From: Candidatus Stahliibacteriota bacterium
GTDB taxonomy: Bacteria > Hydrothermota > UBA3073
Direction of reading: 5' to 3'
DNA: 37,261 bases
Assembly: GCA_030627085.1 (NCBI GenBank)
Contig: DAOUSS010000003.1
Coordinates: 1-37,261, forward strand
The first letter of the stretch is position 1, and each line of letters starts with the position of its first letter. The translations under genes and the position numbers were made by a program. The notes beneath the pieces are model-generated. The model made no database searches and was not told the origin of the DNA. It saw nothing but the letters and a program-made list of their open reading frames with translations. Below, in pieces: positions 36,470 to 37,261 of this stretch.

Positions 36470-37261
36470 TCAAACATCTCTTCTTCCTTCTGCTAACCAT
36501 TTTTCCAATTCCTCAAGTGGTAAGGCATTTATTACATCGCTCTTCTCCACCCATCCCCTTCTTGCTATTCCAATCCCAAATTTAATCTGTGAAAGTTTAT
36601 CCTTATTATGTGCATCTGAACATATTGAAAATTTTACCCCGTATTTCTTTGCTTCTCTTGAGTTTATATCCGAGAGGTCAAGTCTATCGGGATATCCATT
36701 TATCTCAAGTATTGTATTACTTCTTGCAGCCTCTATAAAAATCGTTTTTAGGTTTATTTTGTATTCCTTTCTTCTTGATATCAATATACCCGTTGGGTGA
36801 GCAAAGATATGAATATAAGGAAATGCAGAGATCACATCACTGGTAAAATCGTAATCTTTTTTTCTCTGATGGATTGCAAGTGTAACTATATCAAGTTCAC
36901 GAAGTACTTCCTTTGAGTAGTCAAGTCCCTTAGGTATCAGTTCGAGTTCAATCCCTTTAAATATCCTTAAACCTACCTCCTTTTCAATCCTCTCGCACTC
37001 CTTATTCCTCTCAGCCAGTTTTGAGGAAGAAAGACCTCCGGCATATCTTGCCTTCTGTGAATGGTCAGTTATACATATGTATTCGTACCCGAGTTCCTTT
37101 GCCTTTTTTGCAATTTCATAGATTGAACTTATCCCATCCGAGTAATTTGAGTGTATATGCAAGTCACCTTTTATATCAGAATACCCTATGAGCTCTGGCA
37201 GGGCTCCTTCCAGAGCAGCTTCTATTTCACCTGAATCTTCTCTTATCTCCGGAGGAATCCA
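36470..37261 (-). CDS. polX: DNA polymerase X family / PHP exonuclease, C-terminal part (5' truncated by window edge)
   Basis: Frame is open to the edge: WIPPEIREDSGEIEAA...KGDLHIHSNYSDG; motifs ITDHS, AHPTG, EINGYPDRLDL, SDAH and ARRGW. Confidence 0.92.
   Translation of the reverse strand, partial: WIPPEIREDSGEIEAALEGALPELIGYSDIKGDLHIHSNYSDGISSIYEIAKKAKELGYEYICITDHSQKARYAGGLSSSKLAERNKECERIEKEVGLRIFKGIELELIPKGLDYSKEVLRELDIVTLAIHQRKKDYDFTSDVISAFPYIHIFAHPTGILISRRKEYKINLKTIFIEAARSNTILEINGYPDRLDLSDINSREAKKYGVKFSICSDAHNKDKLSQIKFGIGIARRGWVEKSDVINALPLEELEKWLAEGRRDV

Noticed and set aside
205-36800. Numerous 60-170 aa ORFs overlapping or antisense to the called genes
   Set aside because: Shadow frames of well-supported CDSs with no recognisable motifs.

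Overview
A bacterial chromosomal window of about 40% GC (estimated by eye) from a diderm, probably anaerobic organism. The T9SS-type sorting domains, PorV-like barrel, Rnf subunit and ETF suggest an FCB-group or WOR-3-like lineage; this taxonomy is an inference. The centre (6.5-31.2 kb) is a divergently transcribed alpha-glucan utilisation locus. Its left arm encodes a sugar ABC transporter, a GH13-CBM48-GH57 fusion enzyme, GlgP and MalQ. Its right arm encodes a TonB-dependent receptor, a large Ca-binding partner with an atypical sorting domain, a PorV/PorQ-family barrel, a CBM20-like protein and a secreted GH13; there is no SusD. The flanks hold housekeeping genes (gyrA end, hisS, rnfB, etfAB, polX end). 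Almost every intergenic space is filled by layered small elements: (i) inverted arrays of 7-, 8- or 9-nt tandem units, either empty or enclosing a four-helix-bundle or GxxExxY gene; (ii) GTAG-type REP palindromes, including a doublet in frame inside a CDS; (iii) a 20-nt palindrome inserted into other repeats, one copy of which frameshifts the GxxExxY gene; (iv) a MITE-like element of about 220 bp carrying three 27-bp palindromic sites. All calls come from reading motifs by eye; no searches were run.
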